From assembly GCF_009914755.1 (NCBI RefSeq), contig NC_060947.1: 64,000 nt of DNA; one strand, written 5' to 3'. This DNA comes from the human T2T-CHM13v2.0 reference genome, Homo sapiens. A model generated the notes under the pieces. The model made no database searches and was not told where the DNA came from. It saw only the letters and a program-made list of their open reading frames with translations. This document shows, piece by piece, positions 1 through 11,384 of the stretch (positions are counted from its first letter, which is position 1; each line of letters starts with the position of its first letter). Both the position numbers and the translations under genes were made by a program.

Positions 1-880
1 TGCAAAGATGCACATAGGCTCAAAATAAAGGGATGGAGAAAAATCTTCTAAGGAAATGAAAAGCAATAAAAAGCAGGAGTTACAATCCTAGTCACTGAAA
101 AAAAGGAGTTTAAACCAAAGATCAAAAAAGACAAAGAAAGACAAAACTAATGGTAAAGGGATTTATTCAACAAAAAGAGCTAACTATTCTAAATATATAG
201 GCACCCAATACAGGAGTATAAACAGGTATTAAAAAGTCAAGAAACAATAGATGCTGGCAAGGCTGTAGAGTAATAGGAATGCTTTTACACTGTTAGTGGG
301 AACATAAATTAGTTTAACCATTGTGGAAGACAGTATGGCGATTCCTCAAGGATCTAGAACCAGAAATATCGTTTGACCCTGCAATCTCATTACTGGAGAT
401 ATGCCCATAGGAATATAAATCATTTTACTTTAAAGGCACATGCACACCTATGGTTATTGTAGCACTATTTGCAATAACAAAGCCATGAAACCAACCCACA
501 TGCCCATCAATGATAGACTGGATAAAGAAAATATGTTACATATACACCATGGAATACTACACAGCCATAAAAAGAATGAGATTATCTTCTTTGTAGGGAC
601 ATGGATGAAGCTGGAAGCCATCATCCTCAGCAAACTAGCACAAGAACAGAAAACCAAACACCCAATGTTCTCACTCATAAGTGGGAGCTGAACAATGGCA
701 ATACATGGACAAGGTGGGGAAAAACACACAACAGGGCTTGTTGGGGGGTGAGGGGTAGGGGAGGGAACTTAGAGGACAGGTCAACGGGTGCAGCAAACCA
801 CCATGGCACACATATCCCTATGTAAGAAACCTGTGCGTTTTGCACATGTATCCCAGAACTTAAAGTAAAAGAAAAAAGAT
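1..880 (+). mobile_element. L1PA (approx. PA8-10) remnant: ORF2 endonuclease segment (1-216) joined to ORF2 3' end and 3'UTR
   Basis: 1-216 resembles L1 EN-coding DNA (ggctcaaaataaagggatgg...gcacccaatacaggag). From ~227 it is L1 3' sequence ending in gaacttaaagtaaaagaaaaaa. ORF 440-691 ends ...WMKLEAIILSKLAQEQKTKHPMFSLISGS, a typical L1 3' reading. Confidence 0.85.
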
Positions 881-1110
881 TTCAAGACAAAAGACGATGT
901 GTAAAATAGTTACTTAAAAGTGTGAGAGAATAAATGGACTAAGGATGTATAGCAGGACTGAGGGACCTCACCAAGAGCACTTACTCTAAGCTTATTATCC
1001 AAAGGTTGTCTCGTGGTATGGATTTTTGAAGAACTCAGCGTAAAGAGCAACATCTTGTTTATAAAGGTCTTGGAATCCTGTAATGTCAGCCACGTCTCAA
1101 AAGGTTCTAT

Positions 1111-1424
1111 AGGGTCATCGCCACCGTAGCCGCCAAGAGGAGCTGGGAGGACGACGGTAGCCTGTGAGGCTCGTTGTAGACAACATGGCGGCGGCGATGT
1201 CCGCTAGCCAGGCGAGTGTGGCAGCGGCAGCAGCGGGGCCTGGGGGCGCGGCAGGGCGGCCTGGGCTTTGGCCTCCCTCCAGTTCCCTGGAAGTGGGCCT
1301 GTGGCCAGCGCGGGAGCAGCAGCAGAGGCGGAGGCCCCAGCGCGTCTCTCTCCTCCCCCTCAGCCTGAGCCCGGGGAGGCCAGGCGGCCCGGGTGTTTGA
1401 AGGTGGGGGCGGCTGCCGGAGATT
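1111..1424 (+). promoter_or_regulatory. CpG-rich leader with YY1-type motif (AACATGGCGGC, 1182-1192)
   Basis: About 26 CpGs counted by eye in ~310 bp within AT-rich, CpG-poor surroundings. The motif fits the YY1 consensus AANATGGCGGC. Activity is not shown. Confidence 0.5.
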
Positions 1425-1955
1425 GTGAGAATTCTCTTCACCAGAATATGGAGACTGTTCAATCACCAGGAGCACAAAGTTATCATTGTTAAGCTGGATA
1501 ATTCAGGGAAAACTACCACCTTTATCAATTTTCTATGAATGAAGTTGTACATACATCTTTTGTAGTAGGAAGTAATGTAGAAGAGATAGTGATTAATAAT
1601 ACACGTTTCCTAATATGGGATATTGGTGGCCAAGAATCTCTTCGTTCTTCCTGGAACACTTATATATTAACACAGAGTTTGTAATAGTTGTGGACACTAC
1701 CGAGAGAGGATTTCTGTAACTAGAGAAGAACGCTATAAAATGTTACCACATGAGGACCTAAGAAAAGGTGCATTGCTGATTTTTGCTAATAAACAAGATG
1801 TTAAAGACTGCATGACTGTAGCAGAAACCTCCCAGTTTTTGAAGCTAACTTCTATTAAAGATCACCAGTGGCATACCCAGGCATGCTGTGCTCTAACTGG
1901 CGAGGGATTGTGCCAAGGACTTGAATGGATGATGTCACGACTTCAGATTAGATGA
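1425..1955 (+). pseudogene. ARL5AP: Disabled ARL5A (ARF-like small GTPase) coding region
   Basis: Reads (V)[30 protein letters not shown]... and ...[60 protein letters not shown], matching ARL5A. The start ATG is GTG, Gly2 is Arg, the P-loop GLDNAGKT is KLDNSGKT, and there are frameshifts near 1519, 1663 and 1700. Confidence 0.93.
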
Positions 1956-2871
1956 TTTCTACTGACGTCTTCTCACAGATTTTGTATAAATGAAGTGCTA
2001 GGCTTTACCTGAAAGCTGCAAAAAATAACGGTTTAGATATATTTATAATAAACTGATTTAAACTTTTTCTATAAGAAGAAAAATTAAGACCACTTAATGA
2101 AAACAAAGATGAAGTCTCACCTTCCAATTTGCTTTCTCATTAGTTTTTTCAGAGTAAGTTATTAAAGCTGTAATAGACATTTTTCTCATAATGAATCCTC
2201 TCAGGACATTGTATAGCCTGTGGTAAGTACAAAGGGAGAGGAAGACATTTTGAAATTTAAGAGCTTTATTATCAGCATAACCCTCCCTAGTTGAATGTTG
2301 TTTTCTTCTTGTTCCATTAAGTCAAAATACAAATCAGCACAGATATTCAGTTTCCAATATTTTAAAAAGTAATGTTACTTAAGTATTTTGCTTAATGTTG
2401 TGTGTGTATTGTGTATGAACCTCAAGTTCAAGTTAATGACTTTGATTTATGTTCTAAAGAAAAACAATACAAATATTAATGATATCCTTAGTTACAACCA
2501 TAATGAGATAAGTATTGACATTGGTGTTAAGTGCCATTTTATACTTTCTCCCTATGTTCTCTGTATTGTACTAACCAACCTACCAAATCACTGAGCTGCT
2601 TGTTAAAAAAAAAAAAAAAAGAAAAAGGAAAAGGAGAAAGCATGACTTTGTGTATCTATTTTTTGTTGTTGACCAATCACACACATGGAAACATGTAACT
2701 CAACAGAGTGGGATAGCTATCAGATTCTTGGCTTAGTATTACTAATGGGCAGGATTGTACAATGAGAAACTATCAGAGTATTCCTATCAATGGTCCTTAT
2801 GGCATCTAAATTACTGAATTATTAATCCATTAATCAGTGAATCATAAATTATGATTAAAATTATCAAATGA

Positions 2872-3215
<344 letters not shown>

Positions 3216-3589
3216 CTACCTAGAAAAGTAACATTCTATAAACACTATTAAACAACTTAGCTATATTATTTTTAAGTATTAAATTATATATCAAGCAGTT
3301 AAAGTGAATTTCAGAGTAAAAGGCATGTTTCTGAGCAACACTGATAATTTCTTAATTTGCAAATTTCTTCTTTCTTATTTTAGTATTTGGAGTATAGTGT
3401 GAGATTTTTTATTTCTAAATTTTGTTGTATCTTCTATTACATAAATGCATTGTTTGACAATTATAAAATGCAATTTTTTTGAATGATTTTCAGAATTTGA
3501 CTTACAAATTGATTAATACAACGTATTATTTGTACTAAGAAGTAACTTGACCCCTCCCCCCAAAAAAAGTTTCTATCACTAATCAATAG

Positions 3590-3665
3590 TGGAAATTGAA
3601 GCCCAGGGCAGGTAAGAGACTCTTGGTTAGTAAAGAGCTCAAACAGAGTCCAGGGCTTCTGACAA
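3590..3665 (-). mobile_element. Degenerate MIR fragment
   Basis: ggaaattgaagcccagggcaggtaag resembles the antisense MIR core (gaggaaactgaggc...aggttaag). Confidence 0.35.
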
Positions 3666-4386
3666 ACAAACAAGTGCACTATCTTGGAACATTTCTAGGC
3701 AGGACTGACTGCACCCATTTTGTGCCTATACATACTCCAATCAGAGGAATAGAGTTCTGACGATACACCTTGAGGAGGGCAAGATTACACATGTGTGTTT
3801 GGGGTCATGGTTGGAGGAGAAGAGGGGCCCAGAGGACAACTCTGAGAGGATCCAGTGTCTCTGCCTATTGTCCTATGGTCAAAGATCCAATCCTTGTGCC
3901 CAAACCCAAGCCCTCAATATCCATGAGGCAAGAGGAAATGGTGGAACAATGTGCAACTTCTAGCGCCACCCACCCCCCCTTCTCCTAGAGATACAGCAAA
4001 TGAAATTGAGTGTAAGAAACTATGTTTGAGCATTGAAGTGCTCGGCTGCACATTTCACCTCAGCTGAGAGCTAATTTATTTTTCTTCTTCAAAGCATCAC
4101 AATTTCATCTAAATGTGCCAGAACTGATAACCAGCTTCAATGAATGACTCACACTACTAACCTGTACAGGTGCAGTGTGCTATAGTGATTTTTAGAGCAG
4201 TTATGCTTTCACAGTGAAAATAAGAAGGAACCTAGGAGGACAGAGAGGAGCCAAGTGTGTGGGTGGGATAGAAATTTCAAGATAAGTTTATCTTAATTTT
4301 AGTAAAGACGCTTGGTGACTAAAAGCCACACCTGGTTTAGGGCCTAAGATAGAAGAGAAAAATATTTAAATATGAGTATTGAGCCT

Positions 4387-4852
4387 TTTTAAAAAAAAAT
4401 CAACTTTTATTTTAGATTCAAGGGGTACATGTGCAGGTTTTTTACATGGATATGTAGTATGGTGCTGAGGTTTGGGATACAATTGATCTCATTACCCAGG
4501 TAGTAATCAGAGTACCCAGTAGGTAGTTTTTCAACCCTTAACCCCTAGTAATCTCCATTGTTCATTGATCCCATCTTTATGTCCATGTGTACCCAAAGTT
4601 TAACTCCCGCATATAAGTGATAACGTGTGGTATTTGGTTTTCTATTTTTTCATTAATTTGCTGAGTATAATGGCCTCTAGCTGCATCTATGTTGCTGCAA
4701 ATAATATAATTTTATTCATTTTTATGGCTGGATAGTATGCCATAGTATGTACTACATATTCTTTATTGAATCCACCATTGTTTAGTACCTAGGTTGATTC
4801 CATGTATTTGCTATTGTAAATTGTGCTCTCATGAACACATACATGCATGTAT
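4387..4852 (-). mobile_element. 3' end of an old L1 (L1PA15/16-like), interrupted by a younger L1
   Basis: Antisense L1 3'UTR (ttttagattcaaggggtacatgtgcagg...). The sequence resumes at ~11385. Confidence 0.8.
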
Positions 4853-7800
4853 TTTTTTAACTTTAAGTTCTAGGATACATGTGCAGAAAGTGCAGGTTTA
4901 TTACATAGGTATACATGTGCCATGGTGCTTTGCTGCACCTTATCAACCTCTTATCTAGGTTTTAAGCCCCACATGCGTTAGGTATTTGTCCTAATGACCT
5001 CCCTCACCTTGCCACCATCCCCTGCAAGGCCCAGTGTGTGATGTTCCCCTCCCTGTGTCCATGTGTTCTCATTGTTTAACTCCCATGTATGAGTGAGAAC
5101 ATGCAGTGTTTGATTTTCTGTTCCTGTGTTAGTTTGCTGAGAATGATGACTTCCAGCTTCATCCATCTCCCTGCAAAGGACATGAACTCATTCTTTTTTA
5201 TGGCTGCATAGTATTCCATGAAATATATGTGCCATGTTTTCTTTATCTAATCTATCATGGATGGGCATTTATGTTGGTTCCAAGTCTTTGCTATTGTAAA
5301 TAGTGCTGCAATAAACATATGTGTGCATGTGTCTTTATCGTAGAATGATTTATAATCCTTTGGGTATATACCCAGTAATGGGATGGCTGGGTCAAATGGT
5401 ATTTCTGGTTCTAGATCTTTGAGGAATAACCACACTGTCTTCCACAATGGTTAAACTAATTTACACTCCCACCAACAGTGTAAAAGGATTCCTATATCTC
5501 CACAGCCTCACCAGCATCTGTTGTTTCCTGACTTTAATGATCGCCATTCTAACTTGCATGAGATGGTGTCTCATTGTGGTTTTGATTTGCATTTCTCTAA
5601 TGACCAGTGATGATGAGCTTTTTTTCATATGTTTGTTGGCCACATAAATGTCTTCTTTTAAGAAGTGTCTGTTCATATCCTTTGCTCACTTTTTGATGGG
5701 ATTATTTCTTTGTTTTGTTTTGTTTTTTGTAAATTTGTTTAAGTTTCTTGTAGATTCTGGATATTAGACCTTTGTCAGATGGATAGATTGCAAAAATTTT
5801 CTCGCATTTTTTAGGTTGCCTGTTCAATCTGATGCTAGTTTCTCTTGCTGTGCAGAAGCTCCTTAGTTTAATTAGATCCCATTTGTCAATTTTGGCTTTT
5901 GTTGCAATTGCTTTTGGTGATATAGTCATGAATTATTTGCTCATGCCTTTGTTCTGAATGGTATTGCCTAGGTTTTCTTCTAGAGATTTTAAAATTATAG
6001 GGTTTACATTTAAGTCTTGAATCCATCTTGAGTTAATTTTTGTGTAAGGTGTTAAGGAAAGGGTCTAGTTTCAGTTTTCTGCATATGGCTAGCCAGTTTT
6101 CCCAGCACCATTTATTAAATAGGGAATCGTTTTCTCATTGCTTGTTTTTGTCAGGTTTGTTGAAGATCAGATGGTTGTAGATGTGTGGTGTTATTTCTGA
6201 GGTCTCTGTTCTGTTTCCATTGGTCTATATATCTGTTTTGGTACCAGTACCATGCTGTTGTGTTTACTGTAGGCTTGTAGTATACTTTGAAGTCAGGTAG
6301 TGTGATGCCTCCAGTTGTGTTGTTTTTGCTTAGGATTGTCATGGGTATACAGGGTCTTTTGTGGTTCTATATGAAATTTAAAGTAGTTTTTGTCTGATTC
6401 TGTGAGGAAAGTCAAGGGTAGTTTAATGGAAATTGCACTGAACCTATAAATTACTTCAGACAGTATGGCCATTTTCATGATGTCGATTTTTCCTATCCGT
6501 AGAGCATGGAATGTTTTTCCATTTGTTTGTTTCCTCTGTTATTCCCTTCAGCAGTGGTTTGTAGTTCTCCTTGAAGAGGTCCTTCATGTCCCTTGTAAGT
6601 TGTATTTCTAAGTATTTTGTTCCATGTGTAGCAATTGTGAATGGGAGTTCACTCATGATTTGTCTCTCTGCTTGTCTATTATTGGTATTTAGGAATGCTT
6701 TGATTTTGTATTCTGAGACCTTACTGAAGTTGCTTTTCAGCTTAAGGAGTTTTTGAGCTGAGACTATGGAGTTTTTTAAATATACAATCATGTCATCTGC
6801 AAACAGAGACCATTTCCATTCCTCTTTTCCTATTAGAATACTCTTTATTTCTTTCTCTTGCCTGATTGCCCTGGCCAGAACTTCCAATACTATGTTGAAT
6901 AGGAGTGGTTTGAAAACTAACCTGCACAATGTGCACATGTACCCTAAAACTTAAAGTATAATAATAAAAGAAAAAAAAAAGAAAGGGCATTCTTCTCTTT
7001 GCCGGTTTTCAAATAGAATGCTTCTAGCTTTTGTCCATTCAGTATGATATTGGCTATGGGTTTGTCATAAATAGCTCTTATTATTTTTCGATATGTTCCA
7101 TCAATACCTAGTTTATTAAGAGTTTTTATCATGAAGCAATGTTGAATTTTATCAAAGGCCTTTTCTGCATCTATTGAGTTAATCATGTGGTTTTTGTCAT
7201 TGGTTCTGTGTATGTGATGGATTACATTTCTTGATTTGCATACATTGAACCAGCTTTGCATTCCAGGGATGAAGGCGACTTGATCATGGTGGATAAGCTT
7301 TTTGATATGCTGCTGGATTCGGTTTGCCAGTATTTTATTGAGGATTTTCGCATCGATGTTCATCAGGGATGTTGGCCTGAAATTTTCTTTTTTTGTTGCC
7401 TTTCTGCCAGGTTTTGGTATCAGGATGATGCTGGCCTCATGAAATGAGTTAGGGAGGAGTCCCTGTTTTTCTATTTTTTTGGAACAGTTTGAGAAGGAAT
7501 GGTACCAGCTCCTCTTTGTAACTCTGGTAGAATTTGACTGTGAATCCCTCTGCTCCTGGCCTTTTTTTTCGTTGTTAGGCTATTAATTACTGCCTCAATT
7601 TCAGAATTTGTTATTGATCTATTCAGGGATTCAACTTCTTCCTGGTTTAGTCTTGGGAGGATGTATGTGTCCAGGAATTTATCTACTTCTTCTAGATTTT
7701 CTAGTTTATTTGCATAGAGTTGGTTATAGTATTTGCTGATGGTAGTTTGTATTTCTGTGGGCTCAGTGGTGATATCCCCTTCATCATTTTTTATTGTGTC

Positions 7801-10800
7801 TATTTGATTCTTCTCTCTTTTTTTTATCAGTCTGGCTAGAAGTGTATCTATTTTGTTAATCTTCTCAAAAAAACAGCTCCTAGATTCGTTGATTTTTTGA
7901 AGGGTTTTTCATATCTCTATCTCCTTTTCTGCTCTGGTCTTAGTTATTTCTTGTCTTCTGCTAGCTTTTGAATTTGTGTGCTCTTGCTTCTCTAGTTCAT
8001 TTAGTTCTGATGTTAGGTTTTCCATTTCAGATCTTTCCCACTTTCTGACACGGGCATTTAGTGCTATAAATTTCCCCCTTAACACTCTATTAGCTGTGTC
8101 CCAGAAATTCTGGTACATTGTCTCTTTGTTTTCATTGGTTTCAAAGAATTTTTTTTATCTCTGCCTTAATTTTGTTATTTACCCAGTAGTCATTTAGGAG
8201 CAGGTAGTTCAGTTTCCATGTAGTTGTACAGTTTTGAGTGTGTTTCTTAATCCTGAGTTTTAGTTTGATTGCACTGTGGACTGAGAGACTGTTTCTTATG
8301 ATTTCCATTCTTTTGCATTTGCTGAGGAATGTTTTACTTCCAATTATGTGGTCAACTTTATAATAAGTGTTATCTGGTGCTGAGAAGAATGTATAGTCTG
8401 TTGATTTAGGGTAGAGAGTTTTGTAGATGTCTTTTAGGTCCACTTGGTCTACAGCAAGTCCTGAATATTCTTGTTAATTTTCTGTCTTGTTGATCTGTCT
8501 AATATTGACAGTAGGGTGTTAAAGTCTCCAACTATTATTGTGTGGAAGTCTAAGTCTCTTTGTAGGTCTCATAGAACTTGCTTTATGAATCTGGGTGCTC
8601 CTGTATTGGGTGCATATATATTTCAGATAGTTAGCTCTTCTTGTTTCATTGATCCCTTTACTATTATGTAATGTTCTTCTTTGTCTTTTTTGATCTTTGT
8701 TGGTTTAAACTCTGTTTTTTCAGAGACTACAATTACAACCCCTGCTTTCTTTGCTTTCCATTTGCTTGGTAAATATTCCTCCATCCCTTTATTTTGATCC
8801 TATGTGTGTCTTTGCATGTGAGATGAGTCTCCTGAATACAAAACACCGATGGGTCTTGACCCTTTATCCAATTTACCAGTCTGTCTTTTAATTGGGGCAT
8901 TTAGCCCATTTACCTTTATGGTTAGTATTGTTATGTGTGAATTTGATTCTGTCACCATGATGCTAAATGCTTATTTTGCACATTAGTTGATGCAGTTTCT
9001 TCATAGTGTCATTGGTCTTCATCTTTTAGTGTGTTTTTGCAGTGGCTGGTACCAGTTTTTCCTTTCCATATTTAATGCTTCCTTCAGGAGCTCTTGTGAG
9101 GCAGACCTGGTGGTGACAAAATCCTTCAGCATGTGCTTGTCTGTAAACAATTTTATTAATCCTTTGCTTATGAAGCTATGTTTGGATGGATATGAAATTC
9201 TGGGTGTAAAATTCTTTTCGTTAAAAATGTTGAATACTGGCCCCTCACTCTCTTCTTGCTTGTAGGGTTTCTGCAGAGAGAACTGCTGTTAGTCTGATGG
9301 GCTTCCCTTTGTAAGTTACTTTGCCTTTCTCTCTGGCTTCCTTAACTTTTTTTCCTTCTTTTCAACCTTGGAGAATGTGATGATTATGTTTCTTGTGGTT
9401 ATTCTTCTCTAGGAGTATCTTAGTGATTTTCTCTGTATTTCCTCAATTTGAATGTTTGCCTTCCTTGCTAGGTTGGGGACGTTCTCCTGGATAATAACCT
9501 GAAGTGTGTTTTCCAACTTGGTTTTATTCTCCCTGTCAGTTTCAGGTACACCAGTCAATCATAGGTTTTGTCTTTTAACACAGTTTCACTTGTATTGGAG
9601 CCTTTGGTCATTTCTTTTCATTCTTTTTTTTCCAATCTTGTCTTCACGACTTATTTCAGTATGTTGATGTTCAATCTCTCATATCCTTTCTTCTGCCTGA
9701 TCAATTCAGGTGTTGATACTTGTGTATGCTTCGTGAAGTTCTCGTGCTGTGTTTCTCCGCTCCATCAGGTCATTTATATTCCTCTGTAAACTGGTTATTC
9801 TAGTTAGCAGCTCCTGTAACCTTTTATCAAGGTTCTTAGCTTCCTTGCATTGGGTTAGAACATGCTCCTTTAGCTCAGAGGAGTTTGTTATTACCCACCT
9901 TCTGAAGCCTACTTCTGCCAATTTGTCAATCTTATTCTCCATCCAATTTTGTGCCCTTGCTGGAGAGGAGTTGTGATCATTCTGAGGAGAAGAGGCATTC
10001 TGGTTTTTGGAATTGTTAGCATTTTTATGCTGGTTTTTCCTCATCTTTGTGGATTTATCTACCTTTGCTCTTTGAGGCTGATTACCTTTGAATGAGATTT
10101 TTGTGTGAGAGTCTTTTTGTTGACTTTGATGTTGCTTTCTGTTTGTTAGTTTTTCTTCTAACAGTCACACCCCTCTTCTGCAGGTCTGCTGCAGTTTGCT
10201 AGGGGTCCACTCCAGATGCTGTTCACCTGGGTATCACCAGTGGAGGCTGCAGAATAGCAAAGACTGCTGCCTGCTCCTTCCTCTGGAAGCTTTGTCCCAG
10301 ACTGACACCGACCTGATGCCAGCTGGAGCTCTCCTGTATGAGGTGTCTCTCTAACCCTGTTTGGCGGTTTCTCCCAGTCAGGAAGTATGGAGGTCAGGAA
10401 CCCACTTGATGAGGCAGTCTGTTTCTTAACAAAGCTGGTGCACTGTGCTGGGAGAATCCCTCTTGTCAGGATCAGCTGATCTCTTCAGAGCCAGCAGGCA
10501 GGAGAGATTAAATCCACTGAAGCTGCACCCACAGCCACCCCTCCCCCAGGTGCTCTGTCCCAGGGAGATGGGAGTTTATCTGTAAGCCCCTGACTGGGGC
10601 TGTTACCTTTTCTTCAGCGATGCCCTGCCCAGTTAGGAGGAATTTAGAGAAGCAGTCTGGCCACAGTCGCTTTGCTGCACTGTGGTAAATTCCACCCTGT
10701 CCACACCTCCCCGCCTCCTTAGAACTGTCAGGAGAAAACCATCTACTAAAGCCTCAGTAATGGTGGATGCCCCTCCCCCTATCAAACTCGATCATCCAAG

Positions 10801-11376
10801 GTCAACTTCAGACTACTGTGCTGGCAGTGAGAATTTCAAGCCAGTGGTTCTTAGCTTGCTGGGCTCCATGAGAGTGGGACCCACTGAGTGAGACCACTTG
10901 GCTCCCTGGTTTCAGCCCGTTTTCCAGGGGAGTGAATGGTTCTGACTCACTGGGGTTCCAGGCACCACTGAGGTATGCAAAAAATCTCCTGCAGCTAGGT
11001 TGGTGTCTGCCCAAACAACTGCCCAGTTTTGTGCTTGAAACCCAGGACCTTGGTGGTGCAGGCACATGAGGGAATCTCCTGATCTGCAGATTGCAAAAAC
11101 CATGGGAAAAGTATAGTATTCCAGCCAGGTAGCACTGTCTCTCAAGGCTTCCCTTGGCTGGGGGAGGGAGGTTCTCCCGTCTTCTTGCACTTCCCGGGTG
11201 AAGCGATGCCCCACACTGCTTCTGTTCACCCTCGTGGGTTGCACCCACTGCCTAACGAGTCCCAGTGAGATGAACTGGGTACCTCGGTTGGAAATACAGA
11301 AATCACCTGCCTTCTGCATTGGTCTAGCTGAGAACTGCAGACAGGAGCTGGTCCTATTCGACCATCTTGGCCCCAA
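4853..11376 (-). mobile_element. Near full-length L1PA7/PA8-like element, disabled
   Basis: 5' end gaccatcttggcccc, ~1.3-kb 5'UTR, ORF1 start MRKNQHKNANNSKNQ (10044), fragmented ORF2 (EN, RT, C-terminal pieces) and PA8-type 3' end (ctaggttttaagcccc). Confidence 0.92.
6915..6980 (+). mobile_element. ~65-bp young L1 (PA2/3-type) 3'-terminal micro-insertion
   Basis: aactaacctgcacaatgtgcacatgtaccctaaaacttaaagtataataat plus A-tail, interrupting the host L1 motif ggagtggt..gagggcat in the opposite orientation. Confidence 0.88.
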
Positions 11377-11384
11377 CCCTCAGA

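Noticed and set aside
1107-1492. Overlapping ORFs of 74-122 aa on both strands
   Set aside because: Expected in stop-poor GC-rich DNA of the retrocopy leader; no recognisable domain.
1740-1955. 71-aa ARL5A C-terminal ORF as a functional gene
   Set aside because: It is only the last uninterrupted piece of the pseudogene and lacks the G1-G3 motifs.
3770-3988. 72-aa ORF in unique sequence
   Set aside because: Non-ATG start, no recognisable homology and no exon evidence.
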